In this document: positions 1 through 8,970 of the stretch, in pieces | Numbering within the stretch: position 1 is the stretch's first letter | Layout of the letters: each line of letters starts with the position of its first letter | NCBI GenBank assembly: GCA_947313885.1 | Contig: CAMZNU010000002.1 | Span: 4,321 to 68,320, forward strand | From: an uncultured Clostridia bacterium | GTDB lineage: Bacteria; Bacillota; Clostridia; Lachnospirales; CAMZNU01 | DNA: 64,000 nucleotides | Reading direction: 5' to 3' | Position numbers and translations under genes: made by a program | The notes under the pieces: generated by a model | Database searches by the model: none | Told to the model about the DNA's origin: nothing | Seen by the model: the letters and a program-made list of their open reading frames with translations, nothing else

Positions 1-1079
1 AATCAGACTTTGGAAATATGGCAATAGCACATAATGGAAATTTAATAAATGCATCAATAATAAAAGAGTTATTAGAAGATGTAGGAGGTAAATTTGAAAC
101 AACGACAGATTCAGAAGTTATAGCTAATATGATATGTAGGAAAAAAAATAAGAAAGATTTAAAAAAGGTGTTAGTAGATACGATATCAGCAATACAAGGT
201 TCATTTGCGTTAGTGATAGTTATAGATAATAAGTTAATAGGTATAAGAGACCCCCTTGGTATAAGACCGTTATGTATGGGTAAGTTAGAAGATGGCGGAA
301 TAATATTAGCATCAGAATCATGTGCAATAGATGCGGTAGGTGGGACGTTAATTAGGAATATAAAAGCAGGAGAAATAATAATAATAGATGAAAATGGTAT
401 AGAAGAAATAAATTATAAAGAAAAATCACATAGGGCGTCATGTTCTTTTGAACATATATATTTTGCTAGAGAAGATTCAATAATAGATGAAATAGATGTA
501 TATAAAACGAGATATGAAACAGGTAAAAAACTATGGGAGCAAAAAAAGGTAGAAGCGGATATAGTTATAGGTGTACCAGATTCTGGTATACCATCAGCAC
601 AAGGATATTCAGTAGCATCAAACATTCCATTTGTAACAGGAATAATAAAAAATAAATATGTAGGAAGAACGTTCATACAGCCATCACAAGAATTAAGGGA
701 AAAGGCGGTAAGTGTGAAGTTAAACCCTATAAAATCTATAATAGAAGGTATGAGAGTTGTAATAGTAGATGATTCGTTAGTAAGAGGGACAACGAGTAAA
801 AAGCTAGTAAAAATGTTAAGAGAAGCAGGAGCAAAAGAAATACATTTTAGATTAGCAAGCCCTACAGTAAAGTACCCATGTTATTTTGGAGTTGATATAG
901 CGTATAGAAAAGAGTTAATAGCATCTAGCAATACGGTAGAGCAGATAAGAGAATATATAGGAGTAGATACATTAGATTTTTTAAGTTTAGAGAATTTAAC
1001 AGAAGTATTAGGAAGTAATGAGTTTTGTTTAGGATGCTTTAATGGTAAATATCCACTATCAACTACATCTACTATGTAA
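1..1079 (+). CDS. purF: Amidophosphoribosyltransferase (PurF), 5' end lies upstream of the window
   Basis: The reading frame is open back to nt 3 (SDFGN precedes the listed Met). It has the class-II amidotransferase core AIAHNGNLIN and the PRTase motif VVIVDDSLVRGTT, and it heads the purM-N-H-D run. Confidence 0.9.
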   Translation, partial: SDFGNMAIAHNGNLINASIIKELLEDVGGKFETTTDSEVIANMICRKKNKKDLKKVLVDTISAIQGSFALVIVIDNKLIGIRDPLGIRPLCMGKLEDGGIILASESCAIDAVGGTLIRNIKAGEIIIIDENGIEEINYKEKSHRASCSFEHIYFAREDSIIDEIDVYKTRYETGKKLWEQKKVEADIVIGVPDSGIPSAQGYSVASNIPFVTGIIKNKYVGRTFIQPSQELREKAVSVKLNPIKSIIEGMRVVIVDDSLVRGTTSKKLVKMLREAGAKEIHFRLASPTVKYPCYFGVDIAYRKELIASSNTVEQIREYIGVDTLDFLSLENLTEVLGSNEFCLGCFNGKYPLSTTSTM

Positions 1080-1092
1080 AAGGAGATTTTAA

Positions 1093-2094
1093 ATGTCGAC
1101 AATTTCGTATAAAGATTCAGGGGTAAATAAGGAAGAAGGATATAAAACAGTAGATTTAATAAAAGACGTAGTAAAAAAAACACACAATAAAAATGTACTT
1201 ACAGGGCTTGGTAGTTTTGGAGCTATGTATGAATTAAGTAAAATGGAAAACCCAGTATTAGTATCAGGAACAGATGGAGTAGGTACAAAATTAGAAGTAG
1301 CATTCAAAACAAAAAAATACGATACAGTGGGAATAGATTGTGTAGCTATGTGTGTAAATGATATATTATGCCACGGTGCAAAACCGTTATTTTTCTTAGA
1401 CTATATAGGTTGTGGAAAATTAGAAAGTGAAGTTGCGTCTAAATTAGTAGAAGGAATTGCTAAAGGTTGTGAGGAGACGGGGACGTCATTAGTCGGCGGT
1501 GAAACGGCAGAAATGCCAGGGTTTTATAAAGATGGAGATTATGACATAGCGGGGTTTGCTGTTGGTGTAGTAGAAAAAGAAAATATTATAAAGGGAGAAA
1601 ACATAGAAGAAGGGGATAGTATAATAGCTATACCGTCATCAGGAGTACATAGCAATGGATTTTCATTAATTAGAAAAGTAGTAAAAGATTATGATGAGAA
1701 GTTTGAAGATTGGAGTATAAGTGATGAGTTATTAATTCCTACAAAATTGTATGTTAACACTATACTTAAAATGTTAGAACAACATAGAGTAAAAGGGTTA
1801 GCACATATAACAGGTGGTGGAATAATAGAAAATTTACCGCGAATAATACCAAAAGGGTTAGAAGCCAATGTGGAAAAAGGAAAAATTAAAGTGTTGCCTA
1901 TATTTAAATATTTAAGTTCAAAAGGGATAGAGGAAGAAGAAATGTGGGGAACGTTTAATATGGGAGTAGGGTTTGTAGTAGTAGTAAGTAATGATAAAAA
2001 GGAAAGTGTAATAGAAACATTAGAAAAATTAGGCGAGAGTCCGTATGAGATAGGAGTTATTACTAGAGGGGTAAATGGAATATGTTTAAAATAG
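1093..2094 (+). CDS. purM: Phosphoribosylformylglycinamidine cyclo-ligase (AIR synthetase)
   Basis: 333 aa with AIR synthase motifs GTDGVGTK and GGETAEMPG. An aaggag RBS lies upstream. Confidence 0.93.
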   Translation: MSTISYKDSGVNKEEGYKTVDLIKDVVKKTHNKNVLTGLGSFGAMYELSKMENPVLVSGTDGVGTKLEVAFKTKKYDTVGIDCVAMCVNDILCHGAKPLFFLDYIGCGKLESEVASKLVEGIAKGCEETGTSLVGGETAEMPGFYKDGDYDIAGFAVGVVEKENIIKGENIEEGDSIIAIPSSGVHSNGFSLIRKVVKDYDEKFEDWSISDELLIPTKLYVNTILKMLEQHRVKGLAHITGGGIIENLPRIIPKGLEANVEKGKIKVLPIFKYLSSKGIEEEEMWGTFNMGVGFVVVVSNDKKESVIETLEKLGESPYEIGVITRGVNGICLK

Positions 2095-2660
2095 CTGTTT
2101 TAATTTCAGGGCAAGGTAGTAACTTAGAAGCGATAATGAACAGAAGTGATAGTAGTAAAATATATGAAGTTAAATATGTAATAGCAGATAGGGAATGTAA
2201 AGGAATTGAGCTAGCAAAAAAAAGGGATATAAAAACAAGAGTATATAATAGGAAGAAACTAGGTAAAAAAATATCAAAAGAGATAGATATGTACTTAAAA
2301 GATGATATAGATTTAATAGTGTTAGCAGGGTACTTATCTATATTGGATGAGGAGTTTATAAATAGAAGGAAAGGAAAAATAATAAATATACATCCAGCTA
2401 TTAGTGAGAAGTATGGCGGTAAAGGTATGTATGGTGACGTTGTACATAAACATGTATTGAAAAATAAAGAAAAACAATCAGGGTGTACGGTACATTTTGT
2501 AGATAGTGGAGTAGATACAGGTGAAATAATAAGTAAAAGCATAGTGAAAGTTATGGAAGATGATACAGTAGAGAGCCTAAAAAAAAGAATATTAATAGAG
2601 GAACATAAGTTGTTACCAGATACTATAGAAAAAATTTTAATTAACCAGTATAGGAGATAA
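2082..2660 (+). CDS. purN: Phosphoribosylglycinamide formyltransferase
   Basis: 192 aa with motifs ISGQGSNL, INIHPA and HFVDSGVDTG. It overlaps purM by 13 nt. Confidence 0.9.
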   Translation: MFKIAVLISGQGSNLEAIMNRSDSSKIYEVKYVIADRECKGIELAKKRDIKTRVYNRKKLGKKISKEIDMYLKDDIDLIVLAGYLSILDEEFINRRKGKIINIHPAISEKYGGKGMYGDVVHKHVLKNKEKQSGCTVHFVDSGVDTGEIISKSIVKVMEDDTVESLKKRILIEEHKLLPDTIEKILINQYRR

Positions 2661-2663
2661 ATT

Positions 2664-4166
2664 ATGAAAAGAGCGTTAATATCTGTATATGACAAAAAAG
2701 GGATTATAGAGTTTACGAAATTTTTAGTTAAAGAAGGTGTAGAAATAATTTCAACAGGTGGTACATATAAACATTTAAAAGATAATGGTATAGCGGTAAC
2801 AAAAGTAAGTGACATAACAAAAGAAGAAGAAATATTAGGTGGTAGAGTAAAAACATTGCACCCTATTATACATGGTGGGATATTAGCAATTAGAAGTGAT
2901 GATGAGCATATGAAAACATTAGAGAAAAAAGAAATTAAGCCTATAGATATAATTGTAGTTAATTTATATCCATTTTTTGAAGAAGTAAATAACGATATAA
3001 CATTTGATAGTAAAGTTGAGTTTATAGATATTGGAGGACCTACAATGTTAAGGTCAGCAGGTAAATCTTTTAAAGATGTTGTAGTTATATCAGACGTTGA
3101 AGATTATAAATTAGTAAAAGATGAAATGGAGTTAGGAGAAGTTAAATTTGAAACTAGAAAAAAATTAGCAGGTAAAGTATTTAATTTAACGGCATCATAT
3201 GATGCATGTATATCAAATTTCTTACTAGAAGGGGAAATGGGTAAATATTTAAATGCGTCGTACGTTAAAAAAATGGATTTAAGGTACGGAGAAAACCCGC
3301 ATCAAAAATCAGCATATTACGTATCAACATCAGAAAAAGGTGCTATGAAAGATTTTGAGCAATTAAACGGTAAGCAATTATCATTTAATAATATTAGAGA
3401 TATGGATGTAGCATGGAAAATAGTAAGTGAGTTTAATGAAAAAGAACAATATGTATGCTGTGGTTTAAAACATTCTACACCGTGTGGTGTAGCAATAGGA
3501 GAGACAGTAGTAGAAAGTTATTTAAAAGCTTACGAATGTGATCCAATGTCAATATTCGGAGGAATAGTTGCATTTAACGGAGAAGTGGATAAAGATACAG
3601 CGTTAGAAGTTGTAAAAATATTTTTGGAAATAGTAATAGCACCATCATTTACAGATGAAGCGATAGAAGTACTAAAAGGTAAGAAAAATTTAAGAATAAT
3701 AAAAACATATGTTAAACCTAATGATAAAGAGGAATATATAAAAGTAGACGGTGGAATATTAGTGCAAGAAAGAGATAATACTTTTTCAAATGAATTTAAT
3801 GTTGTAACAAAAAGAAAACCAACAAAAGAGGAAGAGAAAGACTTAATATTTGGGATGAAAGTAGTAAAATATGTAAAATCAAATGGGATAGTAGTAGTAA
3901 AAGATGGAATGGCAAAAGGTATAGGAACGGGAGAGACAAATAGAATATGGGCAACAGAACAAGCGATTAAAAGAGCAGGTGATGGAGTAGTATTGGCATC
4001 GGATGCATTTTTACCATTTAGAGATGTTGTAGATATGTGTGGAAAAAATAATATCGTATCAATAATACAACCAGGTGGATCGGTAAAAGATGAAGAGTCT
4101 ATAAAAGCTTGTGATGAACAAAATATATCAATGGTATTAACAGGAGTTAGACACTTTAAACATTAG
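2664..4166 (+). CDS. purH: Bifunctional AICAR transformylase / IMP cyclohydrolase
   Basis: 500 aa. The N-terminal MGS-like domain carries ALISVYDK and STGGT. The C-terminal domain carries YGENPHQ and SFNNIRD. Confidence 0.93.
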   Translation: MKRALISVYDKKGIIEFTKFLVKEGVEIISTGGTYKHLKDNGIAVTKVSDITKEEEILGGRVKTLHPIIHGGILAIRSDDEHMKTLEKKEIKPIDIIVVNLYPFFEEVNNDITFDSKVEFIDIGGPTMLRSAGKSFKDVVVISDVEDYKLVKDEMELGEVKFETRKKLAGKVFNLTASYDACISNFLLEGEMGKYLNASYVKKMDLRYGENPHQKSAYYVSTSEKGAMKDFEQLNGKQLSFNNIRDMDVAWKIVSEFNEKEQYVCCGLKHSTPCGVAIGETVVESYLKAYECDPMSIFGGIVAFNGEVDKDTALEVVKIFLEIVIAPSFTDEAIEVLKGKKNLRIIKTYVKPNDKEEYIKVDGGILVQERDNTFSNEFNVVTKRKPTKEEEKDLIFGMKVVKYVKSNGIVVVKDGMAKGIGTGETNRIWATEQAIKRAGDGVVLASDAFLPFRDVVDMCGKNNIVSIIQPGGSVKDEESIKACDEQNISMVLTGVRHFKH

Positions 4167-4187
4167 TTAATAATAGGAGAAGTATAT

Positions 4188-5438
4188 ATGAAAATTTTAA
4201 TAATAGGTGAAGGTGGACGTGAACATGCAATAGCATGGAAGTTTTCAAAAAATAAAAAAGTTTCTAAAATATACGTATCAAAAGGTAATGCAGGTATAGA
4301 AAAAATAAAAATATGCGAAAATGTAAAACTAGAATCTATAGAAGAAATAATATTATTTGCAAAAAATAAAAATGTAGATTTAGCAATAGTAGGTTCAGAA
4401 GAAATGTTAGTTAATGGAATAGTAGATGAATTTGAAAAAAATGGTTTGAAAATATTTGGTGCGAATAAAAAAACGGCAAAATTAGAAGGTAGTAAAATAT
4501 ATTCTAAACAGTTTATGAAAAAATATAATATAAAAACAGCTAAATATGAAGAATTTATAAATTGTGAAAAAGCTATAAAATATTTAGAGTTAGAAAAATA
4601 TCCAATAGTAATAAAGGCAGATGGGCTAGCTGGTGGAAAAGGTGTAGTAATAGCTAAAAATAAAGAAGAAGCTGTAATAGAAATAAAAGAGATGTTACTA
4701 AATAATAAATTCAAAGAAGCAGGAAAGAAAATAATTATCGAGGAGTTTATAGAAGGGGTAGAAGTTTCTATATTATCTGTAATAGATGGAAATAATATAA
4801 TCCCTTTTATATCAGCAAAAGACCATAAAAAAATTGGTGAAGGTGAAACGGGATTAAACACAGGAGGTATGGGGGTAATAGTTCCAAACCCATACGTAAC
4901 ACCAACAATAATGGAAGATTTTAAGAAAAATATAATTGATAAAACTTTAGTAGGTTTAAAAAAAGAAGATATGTTATTTAAAGGAGTTGTATTTTTTGGA
5001 GCTATAATAAATGAAAAAGGAATTTATTTATTAGAATATAATGTAAGATTAGGAGATCCAGAAACACAATGTATTTTACCGATAATGGAAAGTGATTTTT
5101 TAGAAATCATTGAAAAAGCTATGGAAGGCAATTTAAAAGAAGAACATATTAAATGGCAGAAAAAACATGCATGTTGCGTTACAGCAGTGAGTAAAGGATA
5201 CCCAGAAAAATATGAAGTAGGGTATGAAATAAAAGGATTAGAAAACATAGACGATGAAAATATATTTTTTGCAGGGTGTACAAAATCAAAAGATGGAAAA
5301 ATAATTACAAATGGTGGACGTGTACTAAATATTATAGGTAAAGGGGACACTAAAGAAGAAGCTATAAAAAATAGTTATGAAATAATAAAGAAGATAGAAT
5401 TTAAAAATATGTATTATAGAAAAGATATAGGTAAGTAA
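4188..5438 (+). CDS. purD: Phosphoribosylamine-glycine ligase
   Basis: 416 aa ATP-grasp GAR synthetase with ILIIGEGGREHA and RLGDPETQ. It is the last gene of the pur run. Confidence 0.93.
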   Translation: MKILIIGEGGREHAIAWKFSKNKKVSKIYVSKGNAGIEKIKICENVKLESIEEIILFAKNKNVDLAIVGSEEMLVNGIVDEFEKNGLKIFGANKKTAKLEGSKIYSKQFMKKYNIKTAKYEEFINCEKAIKYLELEKYPIVIKADGLAGGKGVVIAKNKEEAVIEIKEMLLNNKFKEAGKKIIIEEFIEGVEVSILSVIDGNNIIPFISAKDHKKIGEGETGLNTGGMGVIVPNPYVTPTIMEDFKKNIIDKTLVGLKKEDMLFKGVVFFGAIINEKGIYLLEYNVRLGDPETQCILPIMESDFLEIIEKAMEGNLKEEHIKWQKKHACCVTAVSKGYPEKYEVGYEIKGLENIDDENIFFAGCTKSKDGKIITNGGRVLNIIGKGDTKEEAIKNSYEIIKKIEFKNMYYRKDIGK

Positions 5439-5441
5439 AAT

Positions 5442-5488
5442 AAGCAATAAAAAAACTATGGTTACGAGCCGTAGTTTTTTTATTGCTT
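5442..5488 (+). terminator. Rho-independent terminator after purD
   Basis: aagcaataaaaaaactatgg / ccgtagtttttttattgctt forms a 20-bp stem with one G-U pair and a 7-nt loop, starting 4 nt after the purD stop. Confidence 0.75.
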
Positions 5489-5605
5489 ACTACTATGCAT
5501 TTTAATAAAAGTTATACAAAGGTAAATATAGAAATATACAAATCGTTAAATATCTGCTAAAATAATACAAAAAGGGACACTAAAACATTTAAGGGAGGTG
5601 AACTA

Positions 5606-8116
5606 ATGAGTTATTTCTATGAAACGGTACAAAGTAATGAAAACATACCAATTAAAATATTTACCCACGAATTAGAATATTCACCGTATCATTGGCATAG
5701 AGAAATAGAAATTTTATTTGTTTTAAATGGAGAAGTAGATATAAAAATAGGTAATGACAAATATACTGTATTAGAAAACGAAATATTTATAATAAACCCA
5801 AATGAAATACATTTTATATCATCAAAGGCAACGGATAATAAAGCAAAAATTTTAGTGTTGCAATTTAGTGCAAATGTTTTTAAAAAATATAATTTAGATA
5901 TATCAGACATGTTTTTTAGAATTGAAAGTAAAAAGAATGAAAAAAATAAAGAAATGTTTTATAATATGAAATCTATATTAGCTAACATAATGAATGTCGT
6001 AATAAACAATGAAACTTTGTTACGATTAAAGGTTGAAAAATTATTAATTGAATTGATCATAATAATGATTAATAATTTTAACGTAGAGGGGGCGGGAAAT
6101 AAAGATATAGCATTTCATTATGATGAACGTATTAATAAAATACTAAAATTTATAGATGATAAAAGCAATGAGCAAAGTTTAAGTATAAATAAAATTGCTA
6201 ATGAATTTTATTTAACGCCAGAATACTTATCAAAATATTTCAAAAAAAATGTTGGAATTTCATTAAAGAAGTTTATAAATGTAATTAGATTAAATAAATC
6301 TTTATATGACTTAAAGTTGAATAATGAAAATATATCGGATATAGCATATAAGTTTGGGTTTCCAGATACAAAAGCTTATTATAGAGTGTTTAAGGAGAAT
6401 ATTGGAACAACACCAATACAATATAGAAAAACATATAAAATAGAAGTAGAAAATAAAAATAAATTAAGTTATTTGAATGTGAATAGTGAAACGTCCTTAT
6501 CATCGTTATTTAAATATTTAAAATACAATACAAATGATACAGAAACATATTCACCAATTTACGATACAGTTGTAATAGATGGAAAAGTAAAAGGTGAGTT
6601 TAGAGAAAACAATTATGCAAATTTAACTACTTTTGGATATGCACCACATGGGTTAAGAAGTGATTTTGAAAGCCAGCTAAAGGAAGCACAAAGATGTATA
6701 AAATTTAAACATATACGATTTCATGGTATTTTTTCTGATGAAATACTTATTTATAATGAAGATAATGAAGGGGAAGTGTATTATAACTTTAATCACTTAG
6801 ATGCTCTTTTAGATATAATATTGAAAAATGAATTAACTCCATTTATAGAATTGGGGTTTATGCCAACACAATTAAGATCAAATGAAGAAACGGTTTTTTT
6901 ATGGAAAGCAAATATAAGCCCACCTAAAAAAGTTGAAAAGTGGAAAAATTTAATTGAAGAATTTTTAAAACATCTAATAAATAGGTATGGAATAGATAAC
7001 ATAAGAAAATGGCATTTTGAGTTTTGGAATGAACCAGAGTTTGGTGGGCTTTTTTGGTCATCAGATAAAAAAACTTTTTTTAATTTTTTCTTAGAGACGT
7101 ATAAAAGTGTTAAGAGCATTGATAAGGAAATAAAAATAGGCGGATTTGGAACTGTAAATCTAGAAAATTCTAAATCATGGTTAAATAGTTTTGAAAAGTT
7201 TTGTATTAAGAAAAAAATTAAATTAGATTTTTATAGTTTTCATATATATTTAACGACTATAAGTAACAAAGATGATAATTTATTAGATTCAAAATTAACG
7301 ATAGACAAAATAAGAAAAATGGAATTATCAAAGATAGGTGATATAAAATTAGGTAATAGCGAATATTTAAAAGAGTCCACTAATAAAATTTTAAAAAATG
7401 TAGAAAATGATATATTTAGTTCAAATTATTGGATTACAGAATGGAATGCTAGTACCAATAGTAGAGATCTAACACATGATACATGTTTTATGGCATCGTT
7501 TATAGTAAAAAACACACTTAGCATTAGTGATAAAGTAAGTGGTATGGGGTATTGGAGTTTATCAGACATATTTGAAGAACAAAGATTAGAACAACCGCTA
7601 TTTCATGGTGGATTTGGATTAATTACATATAACGGTTTAAAAAAACCAAGCTTCCATGCGTTTTATTTCATGAAAAAATTATTTGAAGAAATAATATACA
7701 TATCAGATAGTGCGATAGTGACGAAAAACAATGAAGATTATGGAGTAATAATATTTAATTATATACACTACAACGAATTATATAAAAAAAATGATCATTC
7801 ACAAATAAGCCAAAAAATTAGATATAACGTATTTGAAAACAATAATAAAAAAGAAATATCGTTAATATTAGAAAATATAGAAGGAGATTATTTAGTAGAA
7901 GAAGAATGGGTTAACCGTAAAAATGGTTCTGTATATGATGCGTGGTTAGAAATAGGTGCACCAGAAAAACTAACTAAAGAAGCGTATACAAAATTAAAAG
8001 CTAATAGTGAAGTTGGTTACAAAACATATGGCATTAACATTAAAGGTGATTTTAAAATAAATTTACGGTTATTGCCTCATGAGGTTAGGTACATATCAAT
8101 AAAGAAAAAATACTAA
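5606..8116 (+). CDS. AraC-family regulator (cupin + HTH) fused to a GH39 glycoside hydrolase domain
   Basis: 836 aa in a single ORF. Residues 1-~275 are an AraC-type cupin (HWHREIEILFVLNG) plus a dual HTH (LSINKIANEFYLTPEYLSKYF ... DIAYKFGFPDTKAYYRVFKENIGTTPIQYR). The remainder resembles XynB-type GH39, with RFHGIF, the acid/base motif FEFWNEPE and the nucleophile region WITEWN. No signal peptide. Confidence 0.8.
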   Translation: MSYFYETVQSNENIPIKIFTHELEYSPYHWHREIEILFVLNGEVDIKIGNDKYTVLENEIFIINPNEIHFISSKATDNKAKILVLQFSANVFKKYNLDISDMFFRIESKKNEKNKEMFYNMKSILANIMNVVINNETLLRLKVEKLLIELIIIMINNFNVEGAGNKDIAFHYDERINKILKFIDDKSNEQSLSINKIANEFYLTPEYLSKYFKKNVGISLKKFINVIRLNKSLYDLKLNNENISDIAYKFGFPDTKAYYRVFKENIGTTPIQYRKTYKIEVENKNKLSYLNVNSETSLSSLFKYLKYNTNDTETYSPIYDTVVIDGKVKGEFRENNYANLTTFGYAPHGLRSDFESQLKEAQRCIKFKHIRFHGIFSDEILIYNEDNEGEVYYNFNHLDALLDIILKNELTPFIELGFMPTQLRSNEETVFLWKANISPPKKVEKWKNLIEEFLKHLINRYGIDNIRKWHFEFWNEPEFGGLFWSSDKKTFFNFFLETYKSVKSIDKEIKIGGFGTVNLENSKSWLNSFEKFCIKKKIKLDFYSFHIYLTTISNKDDNLLDSKLTIDKIRKMELSKIGDIKLGNSEYLKESTNKILKNVENDIFSSNYWITEWNASTNSRDLTHDTCFMASFIVKNTLSISDKVSGMGYWSLSDIFEEQRLEQPLFHGGFGLITYNGLKKPSFHAFYFMKKLFEEIIYISDSAIVTKNNEDYGVIIFNYIHYNELYKKNDHSQISQKIRYNVFENNNKKEISLILENIEGDYLVEEEWVNRKNGSVYDAWLEIGAPEKLTKEAYTKLKANSEVGYKTYGINIKGDFKINLRLLPHEVRYISIKKKY

Positions 8117-8119
8117 AAC

Positions 8120-8150
8120 AAACCTAATATTATATTGGGTTTATTTTTTT
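8120..8150 (+). terminator. Putative terminator after the AraC::GH39 gene
   Basis: aaacctaata / tattgggttt hairpin followed by attttttt. Confidence 0.55.
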
Positions 8151-8314
8151 GTGCAAAAATCCATACAAAGTACCGAAAATAATAAAGATATAAGAAATGT
8201 GTACCAGAAATAGAAAGAAAAGATAATTTTCGGTATAAATTTAGATGAAAATGGAATGATATTAATAAAAATAGCGTATATAATTACTATACAATGATAT
8301 GAAAGGAGGGAAAT

Positions 8315-8959
8315 ATGAAATTAATAATATTCGATTTAGATGGAGTTATAGTTTCGACAGATAAATATCATTATTTAGCTTGGAAAAAAATTTCTACAAA
8401 TAATGAGATGGAATTTGATGAAAAACTTAACAATGAATTAAGAGGTGTAAGTAGAGTTGAAAGTTTAAAAATAATTTTAAACTTTAATAATAAAGTTATT
8501 GATGACGTTAAGTTTAATGAATTATTAGAAGAAAAAAATGATATCTACAAAAGCTCATTAAGTTCATTAAGTGAAAAAGATATATTAGAAGGAGTAATTC
8601 CATTAATAAAGTCGTTAAAAGATAACGGGATTAAAATTGCAATAGGTTCATCTAGTAAAAATGCTAAGACGATTCTTAAGCAGGTAAAACTTATTGATGA
8701 GTTTGATGCGATAGTAGATGGAAACGACATAAAAAATAGCAAACCAGATCCAGAAGTATTTATTAAATGTTGCGAGAAATTAAGTATAAGTAATTTAGAT
8801 AGTTATGTTTTTGAAGATGCAGAAGCGGGAGTAGAAGCAGGACTAAGAGGAAATATGAAAACTATAGGCGTTGGAAAAGAAAAATTAAAAAAAGCACATA
8901 TACATTTTGAAAGTTTAAATAATATAACATACGACACATTAAAAAATTTAAAAATATAA
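8315..8959 (+). CDS. pgmB: Beta-phosphoglucomutase (HAD superfamily)
   Basis: 214 aa with the FDLDGVI nucleophile motif, LRGVSR, SSSKN, and KPDPEVF...FEDAEAGVEAG. It aligns end to end with my recollection of Lactococcus beta-PGM. Confidence 0.85.
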   Translation: MKLIIFDLDGVIVSTDKYHYLAWKKISTNNEMEFDEKLNNELRGVSRVESLKIILNFNNKVIDDVKFNELLEEKNDIYKSSLSSLSEKDILEGVIPLIKSLKDNGIKIAIGSSSKNAKTILKQVKLIDEFDAIVDGNDIKNSKPDPEVFIKCCEKLSISNLDSYVFEDAEAGVEAGLRGNMKTIGVGKEKLKKAHIHFESLNNITYDTLKNLKI

Positions 8960-8970
8960 AGGAGATAATA

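Noticed and set aside
2063-2815. 250-aa minus-strand ORF overlapping purN and purH. Similar long antisense ORFs occur at 4163-4861, 38573-39070, 43695-44297 and 59890-60585.
   Set aside because: Each lies fully inside a strongly supported + strand gene. Their compositions are low-complexity and rich in Ile, Ser, Phe and Leu, which is typical of the antisense frame of AT-rich coding DNA. None has an RBS or a recognisable motif. I treat them as shadow ORFs.
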